Virus record (IMG/VR): IMGVR_UViG_3300037473_000281
Location: 1 to 43,693 of that record
From: a virus
Taxonomy: Duplodnaviria; Caudoviricetes
Reading direction: 5' to 3' (one strand)
DNA: 43,693 bases
Shown: one piece after another, positions 34,393 to 43,549 of the stretch
Numbering within the stretch: position 1 is the stretch's first letter
Layout of the letters: every line of letters begins with the position of its first letter
Translations under genes and position numbers: made by a program
Notes under the pieces: generated by a model
Told to the model about the DNA's origin: nothing
Databases searched by the model: none
Seen by the model: the letters and a program-made list of their open reading frames with translations, nothing else

Positions 34393-34638
34393 GTGGGCAT
34401 TCAGAACGAGATCGATGGCATCAAGAACATGCGCACCATCGCGCAGATCGCGCGCGACAAGATCGCCAAGGCTCGTGACGAAGTGCACGACTCCGAGTGC
34501 GAGGTGCACCTGGTCGGCGCCGACAACGCGCTTCGTGCGCTCGATCGGCTCTTCGTACAGCTGACCACGCTCACCACGACGCGCGCTGCCGTGGAAAAGA
34601 TCGACGCTGATCTCGCGGCAGTGCGGAGGGCGTCATGA
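34393..34638 (+). CDS. Helical hypothetical protein
   Basis: GAGGAG RBS; coupled to the next gene. Confidence 0.6.
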   Translation: MGIQNEIDGIKNMRTIAQIARDKIAKARDEVHDSECEVHLVGADNALRALDRLFVQLTTLTTTRAAVEKIDADLAAVRRAS

Positions 34639-34877
34639 AGTGCTCGTCGCCAATCTGCACCGGCCGCACCCTCTTCTGGGTCGTGCCCGTCATCGGCCGC
34701 GAGCTCGTGTTCGTCGACCGCGGCGTCGCGCGCGGCGTGGCCAGGCGCGACAACGCCATGCTGATGCGCAGCGCGTGCGGCTGCCGCAAGCACGCGATCG
34801 AGCTGCCGCGCGAGCGTGCGGTGACGCTGTCGGAGATCACGTCCGAGTACCAGAGGAGCATGGCGCATGCCTCGTGA
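34635..34877 (+). CDS. Small Cys-containing hypothetical protein
   Basis: CSSPIC...CGC.KH; GGAGG RBS. Confidence 0.5.
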   Translation: MKCSSPICTGRTLFWVVPVIGRELVFVDRGVARGVARRDNAMLMRSACGCRKHAIELPRERAVTLSEITSEYQRSMAHAS

Positions 34878-35109
34878 GCGCAAGCAGGCCCGCGAGCACC
34901 GGCTGCTCAACAAGGCGGCGATCGGCGAGGCCGTCGTCGAGATCGGCGTGCTGGCCGCGCGCGGAGACACCGAGGGCGCGCACGGACGCGAGGACGAGCT
35001 GCACCGGCACGTGCTGGAAGCCATCGCGGCCGGCGCGCCCAATGCGGCCGAGCTCGCCAAGTACGCGCTCACGACCACCAACATCAAGTTCCAACGCATC
35101 TGCGCCTGA
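34867..35109 (+). CDS. Hypothetical phage protein
   Basis: GDTEGAHGREDELHRHVLEAIA...F.R.CA pattern, recalled from small phage proteins. Confidence 0.6.
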   Translation: MPRERKQAREHRLLNKAAIGEAVVEIGVLAARGDTEGAHGREDELHRHVLEAIAAGAPNAAELAKYALTTTNIKFQRICA

Positions 35110-35119
35110 AGGAGATCCC

Positions 35120-35353
35120 ATGCCCGGACCGCACAGCACCGCGCTGGCCCTGCAGCGCCACCAGAGAGACCGCCGCCTCGCCGCTCGAGCTGCGGCGCGC
35201 GCCACCGAGATCGCCCACATCGAGACCCGCATCACGTTCGCGGTCTGCCGCGGCGGCGAGTGCTCGACGGACAAGCGCTGCCATCGGCACGGGCGGGCCA
35301 GGACGCTGGCGCTTCGGATGTACCGCCGGCTGGCGGCGCGGAGGGCGTCGTGA
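35120..35353 (+). CDS. Basic hypothetical protein
   Basis: AAGGAG RBS; C..GEC...C..H. Confidence 0.45.
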   Translation: MPGPHSTALALQRHQRDRRLAARAAARATEIAHIETRITFAVCRGGECSTDKRCHRHGRARTLALRMYRRLAARRAS

Positions 35354-35892
35354 AGGTCTACGTCGCGGGAAGCCGCGCCGAGGCCCACCGCGCGCGCCAC
35401 TTCATGGAGCGCCTGGTCACGCGCGGCGTCACGGTCACGCTCGATTGGACGAACGAGCCGGCCAGCGACCGTCTGCTCTCGACCGCGCAGCGCAAGCACA
35501 TCGCCCAGCTGACGCAGCGCAAGATCGACGAGTGCGACCTCTTCGTGTGGCTCGTGCCAACGCGCGAAGCCCTCTCGTGGGGCAGCGCGTTCGAGGCCGG
35601 CTACGCCTTCGGCACGCTCAAGCACACGATGGCATGCGGGCCGGCCGTGTTCGAGACCGCGATGGTCGAACACTTCAACGCCGTGTTGGCGAGCGACCTC
35701 GACGGTTTCGACTACGTGTTGCAATCGGCGAAGGAATACGAGGAGTGCTCGACGGCTCCTCGTCAGCAAACGCGCCCCAAGTCCGTCCCGCCATCCGCTG
35801 CCTACGAGCGCGAGCTGCAGTTGGCGATCGAGCGCAACGCCGACCCGGCGGAGATCGAGCATCTCGAGACGCTGATGCGGGAGGGCGCGTAA
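35350..35892 (+). CDS. Nucleoside 2-deoxyribosyltransferase-like protein
   Basis: KVYVAG, IDECDLFVWL and SWGSAFEAGYAFG (catalytic Glu motif G...E.GYA). Confidence 0.75.
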   Translation: MKVYVAGSRAEAHRARHFMERLVTRGVTVTLDWTNEPASDRLLSTAQRKHIAQLTQRKIDECDLFVWLVPTREALSWGSAFEAGYAFGTLKHTMACGPAVFETAMVEHFNAVLASDLDGFDYVLQSAKEYEECSTAPRQQTRPKSVPPSAAYERELQLAIERNADPAEIEHLETLMREGA

Positions 35893-36831
35893 GTGGGCCT
35901 CTCCGCCGCACAACTGGAGCTTCGCCGATCTGGAATCGGCAGCTCGGATATCGCCGCCATCGTCGGCTTGGCGTCGTGGGGCAGCGCGATCGACGTGTGG
36001 CTCGACAAGACGGGGCGCGGCAAGGACTTCACGGGCAACGTCGCGACCCGCATCGGCAACGCGCTCGAGCCGCTGATCGCCGAGCTCTACGCGGAGCGCA
36101 CCGGCGCTCGTCTGAGCGAGCCGGCGATCACGCACGTGCACCCGACCGACACGTGGCGCCTCGCGACGCCCGACCGAGTCGCGCACTTCGATGTCCAGCA
36201 GAAGGTCGTCGAGTGCAAGAACGACATGTACAACACCGGTGACTGGGGCGACGACGGCACGGATCAGATCCCCGACGGCTACCTGTGCCAGGTGCAGTGG
36301 CAGCTCGACGTGCTCGGCCTACACGAGGGCGACGTGGCCGCGCTGATCGGGCAGAAGCTGCACGTCTATCACGTGCGCCGTGACGAGGAGCTGTGCGGGC
36401 AGCTGCGCGAGGCCGGCGCCCGCTTCTGGCGTGACCACGTCATTGCCGATGTGCAGCCGCCGCTCGACAGCTCGGAAGGCACGAAGTCTTACCTGGAGCG
36501 CAAGCACCCGAGGAACAACGGGTTGATGGTCGCCGCGAGCGTGGACGACGACGATCTCGCCGCGCGCCTGGCGTCCGCCAAGATCGCGCTCGACAGCGCG
36601 AAGGATGCGGCCGAGCTGCTGATGAACCAGCTGCGAGCGCGCATCGGCGACAACGACGGCATGCAGGGAGACAGCTGGAAAGCCACGTGGCGCCGCTCGA
36701 AGGACAAGCGGAAGACCAACTGGGAAGGCATCGCGCGCGAGCTGGGCGTCACGCCCGAGCTGCTCGCGCGCTTCACGACAATCGAACCCGGAAGCCGTCG
36801 CTTCCTGTTTACGCCCCCGAAGGAGACCTGA
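35893..36831 (+). CDS. YqaJ-like viral recombinase exonuclease
   Basis: RRSGIGSSDIAAIVG, GNALEP.IA, ATPDR, VECK, IPDGYLCQVQWQ. Confidence 0.95.
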   Translation: MGLSAAQLELRRSGIGSSDIAAIVGLASWGSAIDVWLDKTGRGKDFTGNVATRIGNALEPLIAELYAERTGARLSEPAITHVHPTDTWRLATPDRVAHFDVQQKVVECKNDMYNTGDWGDDGTDQIPDGYLCQVQWQLDVLGLHEGDVAALIGQKLHVYHVRRDEELCGQLREAGARFWRDHVIADVQPPLDSSEGTKSYLERKHPRNNGLMVAASVDDDDLAARLASAKIALDSAKDAAELLMNQLRARIGDNDGMQGDSWKATWRRSKDKRKTNWEGIARELGVTPELLARFTTIEPGSRRFLFTPPKET

Positions 36832-36834
36832 CCC

Positions 36835-37887
36835 ATGGCAAACGACAACGGCACGCCGGCCCCGAACATGCCCGTCGCATCGCAGACGGAAGGCTTTGGC
36901 ACGAGTGAGCTTGTGCGAGCGAACGAGATGTCGAGCTCGGCGCTGGCCGCGATGGCTCGCGCGCAGATCGAATCCCGCTACGTGATCGCGCTCAAGCGCC
37001 CGCGCTCCTGGGACGACGTGCGCGTGAAGCTGCTGAAGGAGTGCGACCGCCCTGGCTTCGCCGAGGTCGCGCGCTACTCGAAGCCGGTGGGCGGCAGCAA
37101 GATCGAGGGCGCGTCCATCCGCTTCGCCGAGGCCGCGCTGCGCTGCATGGGCAACGCGACGCCGGAGACCACGGTGATCTGGGACGACGAGGAGAAGCGC
37201 GTCGTGCGCGTCTCCGTAACCGACGTGGAGAGCAACCTCCACTACTCGGCCGACATCGTCGTCCAGAAGACGGTCGAGCGGCAGTTTCTGAAGGACGGAC
37301 AGACGGCGCTCGGCGTGCGCACCAACAGCTACGGCAAAAAGGTCTATCTCGTGCGCGCGACGGACGATGACCTTCTGAACAAGCAGAACGCGCTGTGCTC
37401 GAAGGCGCTGCGCACGCACACGCTCCGCATCTTGCCCGGCGACATTCAGGAGGAGTGCATGGACCGCGTGCTGCAGACGCAGGCCAAGCGCGATGCCGAG
37501 GATCCGGACGCCGCGCGCAAGAAGCTGCTGGACGCCTTCGCGGCGATCAACGTGATGCCCGCGCAGATCAACGAGTATCTCGGGCACGACGTGTCGCAGG
37601 TCGTCGCCGCCGAGCTCGCCGACTTGCGCGCTCAGTACGTGGCGCTGCGCGACGGCGAGACGACGTGGTCGGCAATCATGGAAGCCAAGCGCGGCGAGAA
37701 GGATGTGCCCGAGACGACGCCCACCCAGAACGCGACGGCGGCCGTGAAGGAAACGCTCAAGGGCCGCGCGGGCGGGAAGGCGCAGCCGAAGTCCTCGCCG
37801 ATCGATACCGAAGGCGAGCCCGTCGACAACGGCGACGGAACGCTGGACCGCGATCCTCCGAAGCCCAGCGCGAACGGTGGTCGCTGA
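36835..37887 (+). CDS. Putative single-strand annealing (recombination) protein
   Basis: Directly after YqaJ; A...PR...ARYSKPVGG..IEGASIRFAE....GN and SKALR..ILP motifs. Confidence 0.7.
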   Translation: MANDNGTPAPNMPVASQTEGFGTSELVRANEMSSSALAAMARAQIESRYVIALKRPRSWDDVRVKLLKECDRPGFAEVARYSKPVGGSKIEGASIRFAEAALRCMGNATPETTVIWDDEEKRVVRVSVTDVESNLHYSADIVVQKTVERQFLKDGQTALGVRTNSYGKKVYLVRATDDDLLNKQNALCSKALRTHTLRILPGDIQEECMDRVLQTQAKRDAEDPDAARKKLLDAFAAINVMPAQINEYLGHDVSQVVAAELADLRAQYVALRDGETTWSAIMEAKRGEKDVPETTPTQNATAAVKETLKGRAGGKAQPKSSPIDTEGEPVDNGDGTLDRDPPKPSANGGR

Positions 37888-38567
37888 TGGCCTCCCAGCT
37901 CATCCCCTTCCACACGCCGTGGCGTGACGTACCCGTGTGTTTCGTCGACTTCGAGACGACCGGAACGCGCCCCGGACATGATCGCGCAGTGCAGGTCGGC
38001 CTCGTGCGCTTCGAGCGCGGCGAAGTCGTGGCGCGCGCCGGGTCGCTGCTCACGCCCGGCTTTCCCATTCCGCCCGAGGCCACCGAGATCCACGGCATCA
38101 CCAACGAGATGGTGAAGGACGCGCCCTGCATCGAGACGTGGTTCGCGAGCGTTGGTTGGGAGCTACTGAAGGGCGCGCAGCCGGCCGCCTACAACGCGGG
38201 CTTCGATCGGCACTTCATCCCGCCCGCCGCGCTCGAAGACTACGCATGGCCGTGGCTCGACGCGATGGTGGTCGTGCAGGTGGTCGATCGCTACGCCAAG
38301 GGCAAGGGTCGGCACAAGCTGACGACCGCATGCTCGCGCCATGGCATCGAGCTCGCCGACGCACATAGCGCGCTGGCCGACGCTGAAGCCGCGGGCCGGC
38401 TGTTCTTCAAGCTCGCGCCGCAGGTGTTCGATGCGCCGCAGGAGGGCGTGTCGTACTCGATCGGCGCGGCACTCGAATGGACGCGCATTCAGGAAGCCAA
38501 GCGCTGGGCCGACTTCCACAGCTGGCTCGCGAAGCAACCCCCGCAACCGAACGAGGCAACCCCATGA
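37887..38567 (+). CDS. DnaQ-like DEDDh 3'-5' exonuclease
   Basis: VDFETTG, IHGIT, AYNAGFD, AHSALADA. Confidence 0.93.
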   Translation: MASQLIPFHTPWRDVPVCFVDFETTGTRPGHDRAVQVGLVRFERGEVVARAGSLLTPGFPIPPEATEIHGITNEMVKDAPCIETWFASVGWELLKGAQPAAYNAGFDRHFIPPAALEDYAWPWLDAMVVVQVVDRYAKGKGRHKLTTACSRHGIELADAHSALADAEAAGRLFFKLAPQVFDAPQEGVSYSIGAALEWTRIQEAKRWADFHSWLAKQPPQPNEATP

Positions 38568-38818
38568 TCACGCCCACCACCGAACGCACCGTGGAGCTCA
38601 CGCCCGGCATCACGGCCGACGAGGCGGCGCCCGAGCCGCTCACCCTCGACGCCATCAACGCGGCCATCGAGGACAACCGGAAGCGGCTGCAGGACGCGCG
38701 CCGCTGGAACACGGAGCGGATCGCATCGCTGCACGCAGAAAACAAGGCTATCGACGAGAAGCTGGCCAAGCTCCCGCGCGCGCCGATTCAGCGCAAGAAG
38801 AAGGGCGGCGCGAAGTGA
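38564..38818 (+). CDS. Coiled-coil hypothetical protein
   Basis: ATGA-coupled; GAGG RBS. Confidence 0.55.
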   Translation: MITPTTERTVELTPGITADEAAPEPLTLDAINAAIEDNRKRLQDARRWNTERIASLHAENKAIDEKLAKLPRAPIQRKKKGGAK

Positions 38819-39324
38819 GCGGGGAAGCGTACGAGCGGCCGAGCGTCGAGCCCATCGGCGCCATCTCGGACGACGCGAGACGGGACGGCGTCATCGCCGC
38901 GCTCGAAGCCCGTGATGCCGCGTACCGCGAGGTGGCGGCCGAGCGCGACCGCTGGATCGCGTGTGTCAAGCTGCTCGAAGGCAAGCTCGACGCCATCCGC
39001 GGCATCCTCGGTGGCGCGGTGCTGAAGCAGGCCGACCCTGTCGGTGACAAGCCGCGCGCTCACGAGGTGCACGTCGAGGCCGTGCAGCGCTTCGCCGACG
39101 CGATGGTGGCGAAGCTCGACAAGAACGCGAGCAAGGGGCACTGGTCGGCCTGCGACACGCACTTCCTGCTCACGCGGCTGCACGAGGAGCTGATCGAGCT
39201 GCGTGGCGCGGTGGCGAGCGGGGACGCTGACGCCATCCGTGACGAGGCGGTCGACCTGGCGAACTTCAGCATGTTCGTTTTCGACAACGTGGGCACCGAT
39301 GGAAAGGCGGAGGTGCAGCGGTGA
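38815..39324 (+). CDS. Protein with C-terminal MazG-like (all-alpha NTP pyrophosphohydrolase) domain
   Basis: LHEELIEL...IRDEAVDLANF (EExxE...ExxD). Confidence 0.6.
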   Translation: MSGEAYERPSVEPIGAISDDARRDGVIAALEARDAAYREVAAERDRWIACVKLLEGKLDAIRGILGGAVLKQADPVGDKPRAHEVHVEAVQRFADAMVAKLDKNASKGHWSACDTHFLLTRLHEELIELRGAVASGDADAIRDEAVDLANFSMFVFDNVGTDGKAEVQR

Positions 39325-39584
39325 AGCTTGCCAAGCTGGAGCTGAATCCGAAGCGCATGAACGCCGAGATCGATCGGCTGCGCCTGCTCTATCCGGAGCC
39401 CACGAAGATGGGCATGACGGAGCTGACGGAGGCGGCGATCGCGCACGTCACCACCGCGGTGAGCCTCCTGATGTACACCGGCTGCGTGGACGCAATCGCC
39501 GAGGTCAAGCTGATGGCGGACCTGGTCGCGAAGAAAGCGAACGTCGTCCGCGAGCCGCTGCCTGGCACGGGAGCATCGTCATGA
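39321..39584 (+). CDS. Hypothetical protein (87 aa)
   Basis: GGAGG RBS; coupled to neighbours. Confidence 0.55.
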   Translation: MKLAKLELNPKRMNAEIDRLRLLYPEPTKMGMTELTEAAIAHVTTAVSLLMYTGCVDAIAEVKLMADLVAKKANVVREPLPGTGASS

Positions 39585-39754
39585 CCGGCGTCGCCTGCCG
39601 CCATCCGAAGGCGAAGGCGAACGGCGGCGCAGGCCTGCGCGTGAGCCTTTCTGGCTTGAACGCGATCGTCTGCGGCCATGGCGGATGCCACACGCCGCTC
39701 AAGGAAGCTCTCGACTGTGAAGGCCAGCACCTGGCCGGTGAGGAAACTGCGTGA
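39581..39754 (+). CDS. Small Cys/His protein (57 aa)
   Basis: CRH...CGHGGCH; coupled on both sides. Confidence 0.45.
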   Translation: MTGVACRHPKAKANGGAGLRVSLSGLNAIVCGHGGCHTPLKEALDCEGQHLAGEETA

Positions 39755-41505
39755 CCAAGAAACTACACATCTCCGACAAGGTCTCCCTCCCGCTCGACGC
39801 GATCACCCAGACGTTCGCACTGCTCGCGGTGCGCGGCGCGGGCAAGACGAACACCGCGCGGTCGATGGCGGAGGAGATGTACGCGGCGGGCCTGCCGTTC
39901 GTCGCCATCGATCCCGTTGGTTCGTGGTTCGGTCTGCGGTCGAGCGCCGACGGCAAGAGCTCCGGACTCGACATCCCGATCTTCGGCGGCCGTCACGGCG
40001 ACGTTCCGCTCGAGCGGGCCGCCGGCGCGCTACTCGCCGATCTCGTGGTCGACAAGCGCATGACGTGCGTGCTCGACGTGAGCGAGTTCAGCGAGGGCGA
40101 CAAGATCCGGTTTCTGATCGACTTCGCCGAACGCCTCTACCGACGCAACACAGCGCCGCTGCACCTCTTCCTCGAAGAGGCCGACGACTACATCCCGCAA
40201 CGCCCGTTCCGTGAGCAGGCGAGGCTGCTGGGCGCCTGGGAAAACATCGTGCGCCGCGGTCGCGCTCGCGGGCTCGGCATGACGATGATCACGCAGCGCT
40301 CCGCCGCCATCAACAAGAACGTCCTGACGCAGGTCGAGACGCTCTTCGTGATGCGCACGACCTCGCCGCAGGACACGAAGGCAGTCGAGGACTGGGTCAA
40401 GTACCACGGCGCGTCGCGCGACATGCTCGCCACGCTGGCCAAGCTGGAGAACGGCGAGGCGTGGATCTGGTCTCCGTCGTGGCTACGCAAGTTCGAGCGC
40501 GTGCGCATCAGGCGCTGCAACACGTTCGACAGCGGCGCGACGCCGAAGAACGCGAACGGCGTACAGCCGGCGGCAAAGCTCGCGGACGTGAACCTCGACT
40601 CAATCCGCGCGCAGATGGCCGAAACGATCGAACGTGCGAAGGCCAACGACCCGCGCGAGCTGCAACAAATCATCACCAGCCAGCGCCGCCGCATCGCGGA
40701 GCTGGAGAAGGCGCCGGCGCCGAAGGGCGAGGTGAAGCGGGTCGAGGTGCCGGTGCTGACCGCGAAGGACCGCGCAGCGATCGAGAAGGCGGCGGCAGCA
40801 GTCGAGCGTGCCGCCGGAGTGCTGCGTGAGACGGCCGAGGAAACGAAGCGAAACTTCAACGCGCTGAATACCTCGGACATGGGGCTCGGTTTGCTTGTCA
40901 CGCAGCTCCGCGCAGCGCTCGATGTGAAACCGACCGGGCCGACCGCCGGCGACGGCGCCGTGCGATCGATGGCGACGGGCCGGGTCATCGGACGCGTGGT
41001 GGAGCGTACGCCGGCGCGGCCCGCGCGCATCGAAGCTGGGACCGGAGAGAAACTCGGCATCTGCGAACGCAAGGTCCTCACCGCGCTCGCGCAGTATCCG
41101 CAGGGCCGAACGGTGAAGCAGATTGCTCTGCTCGCGGGCTACGCCATCGGCGGGGGCGGCTTCCGCAACGCGCTCGGCGCGCTGCGCTCCGCTGAGCGGA
41201 TCACGCGCACCGATCCCGTGCAGATCACCGAGGCCGGCACGGAGGCTCTCGGCAGCTACGAGCCGCTGCCACACGGCGAAGCGCTCTTGCAGCACTGGTA
41301 CGGACAACTCGGCAAAGCTGAGCGCGCCGTTCTTCAGGCACTGGCCGAAGTCTTCCCGCATACGATGACCGTGGAGCAGGTCGCGGACGTTGCGGGCTAC
41401 GAGCCTGGCGGTGGTGGTTTCAGAAATGCGCTCGGTCGCCTGCGCACGCTCGAGCTGATAAACGGCCGCGGCGAGCTGCGCGCGAGCGAGGAGCTGTTCT
41501 CGTGA
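39751..41505 (+). CDS. HerA/FtsK-superfamily ATPase with coiled coil and tandem C-terminal wHTH repeats
   Basis: Walker A AVRGAGKT, IDPVG, Walker B LFLEEAD, RRGRARGLG..ITQR; duplicated LG..ER.VL.ALA...GY..GGGGFRNALG.LR. Confidence 0.88.
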   Translation: MTKKLHISDKVSLPLDAITQTFALLAVRGAGKTNTARSMAEEMYAAGLPFVAIDPVGSWFGLRSSADGKSSGLDIPIFGGRHGDVPLERAAGALLADLVVDKRMTCVLDVSEFSEGDKIRFLIDFAERLYRRNTAPLHLFLEEADDYIPQRPFREQARLLGAWENIVRRGRARGLGMTMITQRSAAINKNVLTQVETLFVMRTTSPQDTKAVEDWVKYHGASRDMLATLAKLENGEAWIWSPSWLRKFERVRIRRCNTFDSGATPKNANGVQPAAKLADVNLDSIRAQMAETIERAKANDPRELQQIITSQRRRIAELEKAPAPKGEVKRVEVPVLTAKDRAAIEKAAAAVERAAGVLRETAEETKRNFNALNTSDMGLGLLVTQLRAALDVKPTGPTAGDGAVRSMATGRVIGRVVERTPARPARIEAGTGEKLGICERKVLTALAQYPQGRTVKQIALLAGYAIGGGGFRNALGALRSAERITRTDPVQITEAGTEALGSYEPLPHGEALLQHWYGQLGKAERAVLQALAEVFPHTMTVEQVADVAGYEPGGGGFRNALGRLRTLELINGRGELRASEELFS

Positions 41506-41807
41506 GCGCGAGCAAGCGGCATCGCCGCGGTGTCTTCTTCACAAACCCCAATCAGTTTGGAGGCCTTGCCATTGGCATCGGGCTCTCGGTCGCCTGCGGA
41601 CTGATCGGCCGTGGCCGCGAGGACATTCTGCGAATGTTCGACCGTGACCCGAAGTTCGCCGCCGCGTTCCAAGAAGCAATCCTGCAGTCGTGGCTATCCG
41701 ACGCGATGAGCGAGACCAGCGATGCCGAGATCGCGCGCAGCTTTACGGCGCTGATCGACGGCGCGATCGCCAAGGCCGACGCAGCGACGAAAGGTAAGGC
41801 GTCATGA
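41502..41807 (+). CDS. Hypothetical protein (101 aa)
   Basis: GTGA-coupled; GAGGAG RBS. Confidence 0.55.
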   Translation: MSASKRHRRGVFFTNPNQFGGLAIGIGLSVACGLIGRGREDILRMFDRDPKFAAAFQEAILQSWLSDAMSETSDAEIARSFTALIDGAIAKADAATKGKAS

Positions 41808-42022
41808 CCGACGACCTACCGCGGCACGGCGATGATGTGGTTGTCGGTTTGCTCGACGCGGTTTGCCGCGTCCTGCGACGTCACGACGTCGACATCTATC
41901 CCAACAACAGCATGGCATTGATCTGCGGCCTGATCCTTGCGGTCGAGCGCTACCAGCGGCGCGCCGTGGACCCGGCCGCCCGCGCGTGGGTGCACGGCAT
42001 GCTGCCAATGGAGGGTGCATGA
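41804..42022 (+). CDS. Hypothetical protein (72 aa)
   Basis: ATGA-coupled on both sides. Confidence 0.5.
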   Translation: MTDDLPRHGDDVVVGLLDAVCRVLRRHDVDIYPNNSMALICGLILAVERYQRRAVDPAARAWVHGMLPMEGA

Positions 42023-42747
42023 CCGACCACCGCATCACGCCCGCCGAGGTCGAGGCGTTCGAGAAGCTCGGCGGCGAGCCGGAGCCGCTCGTGAAGTACT
42101 CGGTGTTCGTTGGGCCATGCACGCACAAGCGCGATCCATGGGACCGTTGCGACGAAGAGGGCGGTTGTGTCGACCTCGCCGAGGCGGTCATCGGCAATCG
42201 AGTGCTGGTGAGCAAAGCCCTGTTCGCTGGCGTGCCGCGCATGCTCGCCGAGCTCCGCCGCTGCTGGGCGCTGCTCGAGCCCGTTCCCGGCAAGGTCGAG
42301 CACCGCGCGTTCGAGTGCGCGTGCTGCGAGACCACGACGCCGCATCACAGGCCGAAGGGCTCGGCGCAGGTGTCGTTCGCATGCAAGGTCTGCGGGTCGC
42401 TGCAGCGCGCCGAGCCACAGCTCCAGCCCAACCGTGCTGACGACGATTTCGCCGAGTGGTACCGCGACTGCGATTGGGTGCTTCCGGACCAGACGCCTCG
42501 GCGCATGACCGTGTCGGTCTGCAACGACGACCTGATCGACCTTCACGAGTGCGAGATGACGAGCCGCAGCGAGACGGCTCAGAGGCTCGCCGGTGGTCAA
42601 CGCGGCGGGATGACGCTCACGGGCGCCGAGGCAGAGTGGCTGCTTCAGGCACTTCGTGCGGCGATCGAGTTTCGCCGTGAATCGTCGGCGCGCACCGCGG
42701 CCGAACTGGCGCAGCCCGTAGCGGCGGAGGGGAGTAGCGGCGAATGA
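42019..42747 (+). CDS. Hypothetical protein with Zn ribbon
   Basis: ECACC...H...CKVCG; start reassigned to MTDHRIT with GGAGG RBS. Confidence 0.55.
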   Translation: MTDHRITPAEVEAFEKLGGEPEPLVKYSVFVGPCTHKRDPWDRCDEEGGCVDLAEAVIGNRVLVSKALFAGVPRMLAELRRCWALLEPVPGKVEHRAFECACCETTTPHHRPKGSAQVSFACKVCGSLQRAEPQLQPNRADDDFAEWYRDCDWVLPDQTPRRMTVSVCNDDLIDLHECEMTSRSETAQRLAGGQRGGMTLTGAEAEWLLQALRAAIEFRRESSARTAAELAQPVAAEGSSGE

Positions 42748-43133
42748 CAAACCGCATCGAGATGCCGTGGGACTTCACGACCACGCCCGAGCCAGGAAGC
42801 GGAGTCCCGAACGAGCCGACACCCGAAGGTCGCGAGCTTGGCGCCCACTTCGCGCGCTGGGCCGACGAGGCTGAGGCGGAACAGCGCAAGCAGTTCCCCG
42901 ACATGCTGCCGCGCTGCAACGAATGCGCGTTCCGCGCGGGCACTCGGCCGAACGGTTGCCCTGGGACGCTGATGGATGCGCTCAAGTGCTTGATGGAGCT
43001 GACCCCGTTCTACTGCCACAAAGGCGTGAAGGACGGCGAGGAACCAACGCGGCTGTGCACCGGGTACATGGTGCTGCTGTCGGGACGCGCTGACGCTCAG
43101 CAGCCGGTAGCGGCGGAGGGCGAGACGCTGTGA
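42744..43133 (+). CDS. Cys-rich hypothetical phage protein
   Basis: RCNECAFRAGT.PN...FYCH...LCTGY. Confidence 0.65.
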   Translation: MTNRIEMPWDFTTTPEPGSGVPNEPTPEGRELGAHFARWADEAEAEQRKQFPDMLPRCNECAFRAGTRPNGCPGTLMDALKCLMELTPFYCHKGVKDGEEPTRLCTGYMVLLSGRADAQQPVAAEGETL

Positions 43134-43549
43134 CGGCCGCCCGCTCCATGCCAGAGGTCGAACCTCTCACCATCGCGCAGGTCTGCGAGCGCTACGGCCT
43201 CGACCGCACCGCAGTCTACCGGCGCTTGCACACGCCCGAGTGGGCACCGTTTGTCACGAAGATCGGCAGCTATCGCATCTTGCGCCACGGCCTCGAGGCG
43301 TGGCTTCTTGGAGGCGGCGAACTGTGTCGTATCACCTCAGACGCTACGAAAACTCGCCGTACTGGTACGCGCGAATCACTCGACCGGACGGCTCGCGCGG
43401 CAACTGGAAGAGCACACGAAAGGCCCGCAAGCACGACGCCCGGCTCGTCGCCGAGCAGTGGGACGCGGCTGCGACTTCGAATCATCGAATCGTCACGCTC
43501 GACGAATCCCTCGAGCTCCTCGCAGCGCACAAGGAACGGAAGCGCGTGA
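43130..43549 (+). CDS. xis: Excisionase-like HTH protein
   Basis: LTIAQVCERYGLDRTAVYRRL...KIGSYRI...LEAWL; its S/T/R-rich tail overlaps the integrase in another frame. Confidence 0.75.
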   Translation: MTAARSMPEVEPLTIAQVCERYGLDRTAVYRRLHTPEWAPFVTKIGSYRILRHGLEAWLLGGGELCRITSDATKTRRTGTRESLDRTARAATGRAHERPASTTPGSSPSSGTRLRLRIIESSRSTNPSSSSQRTRNGSA

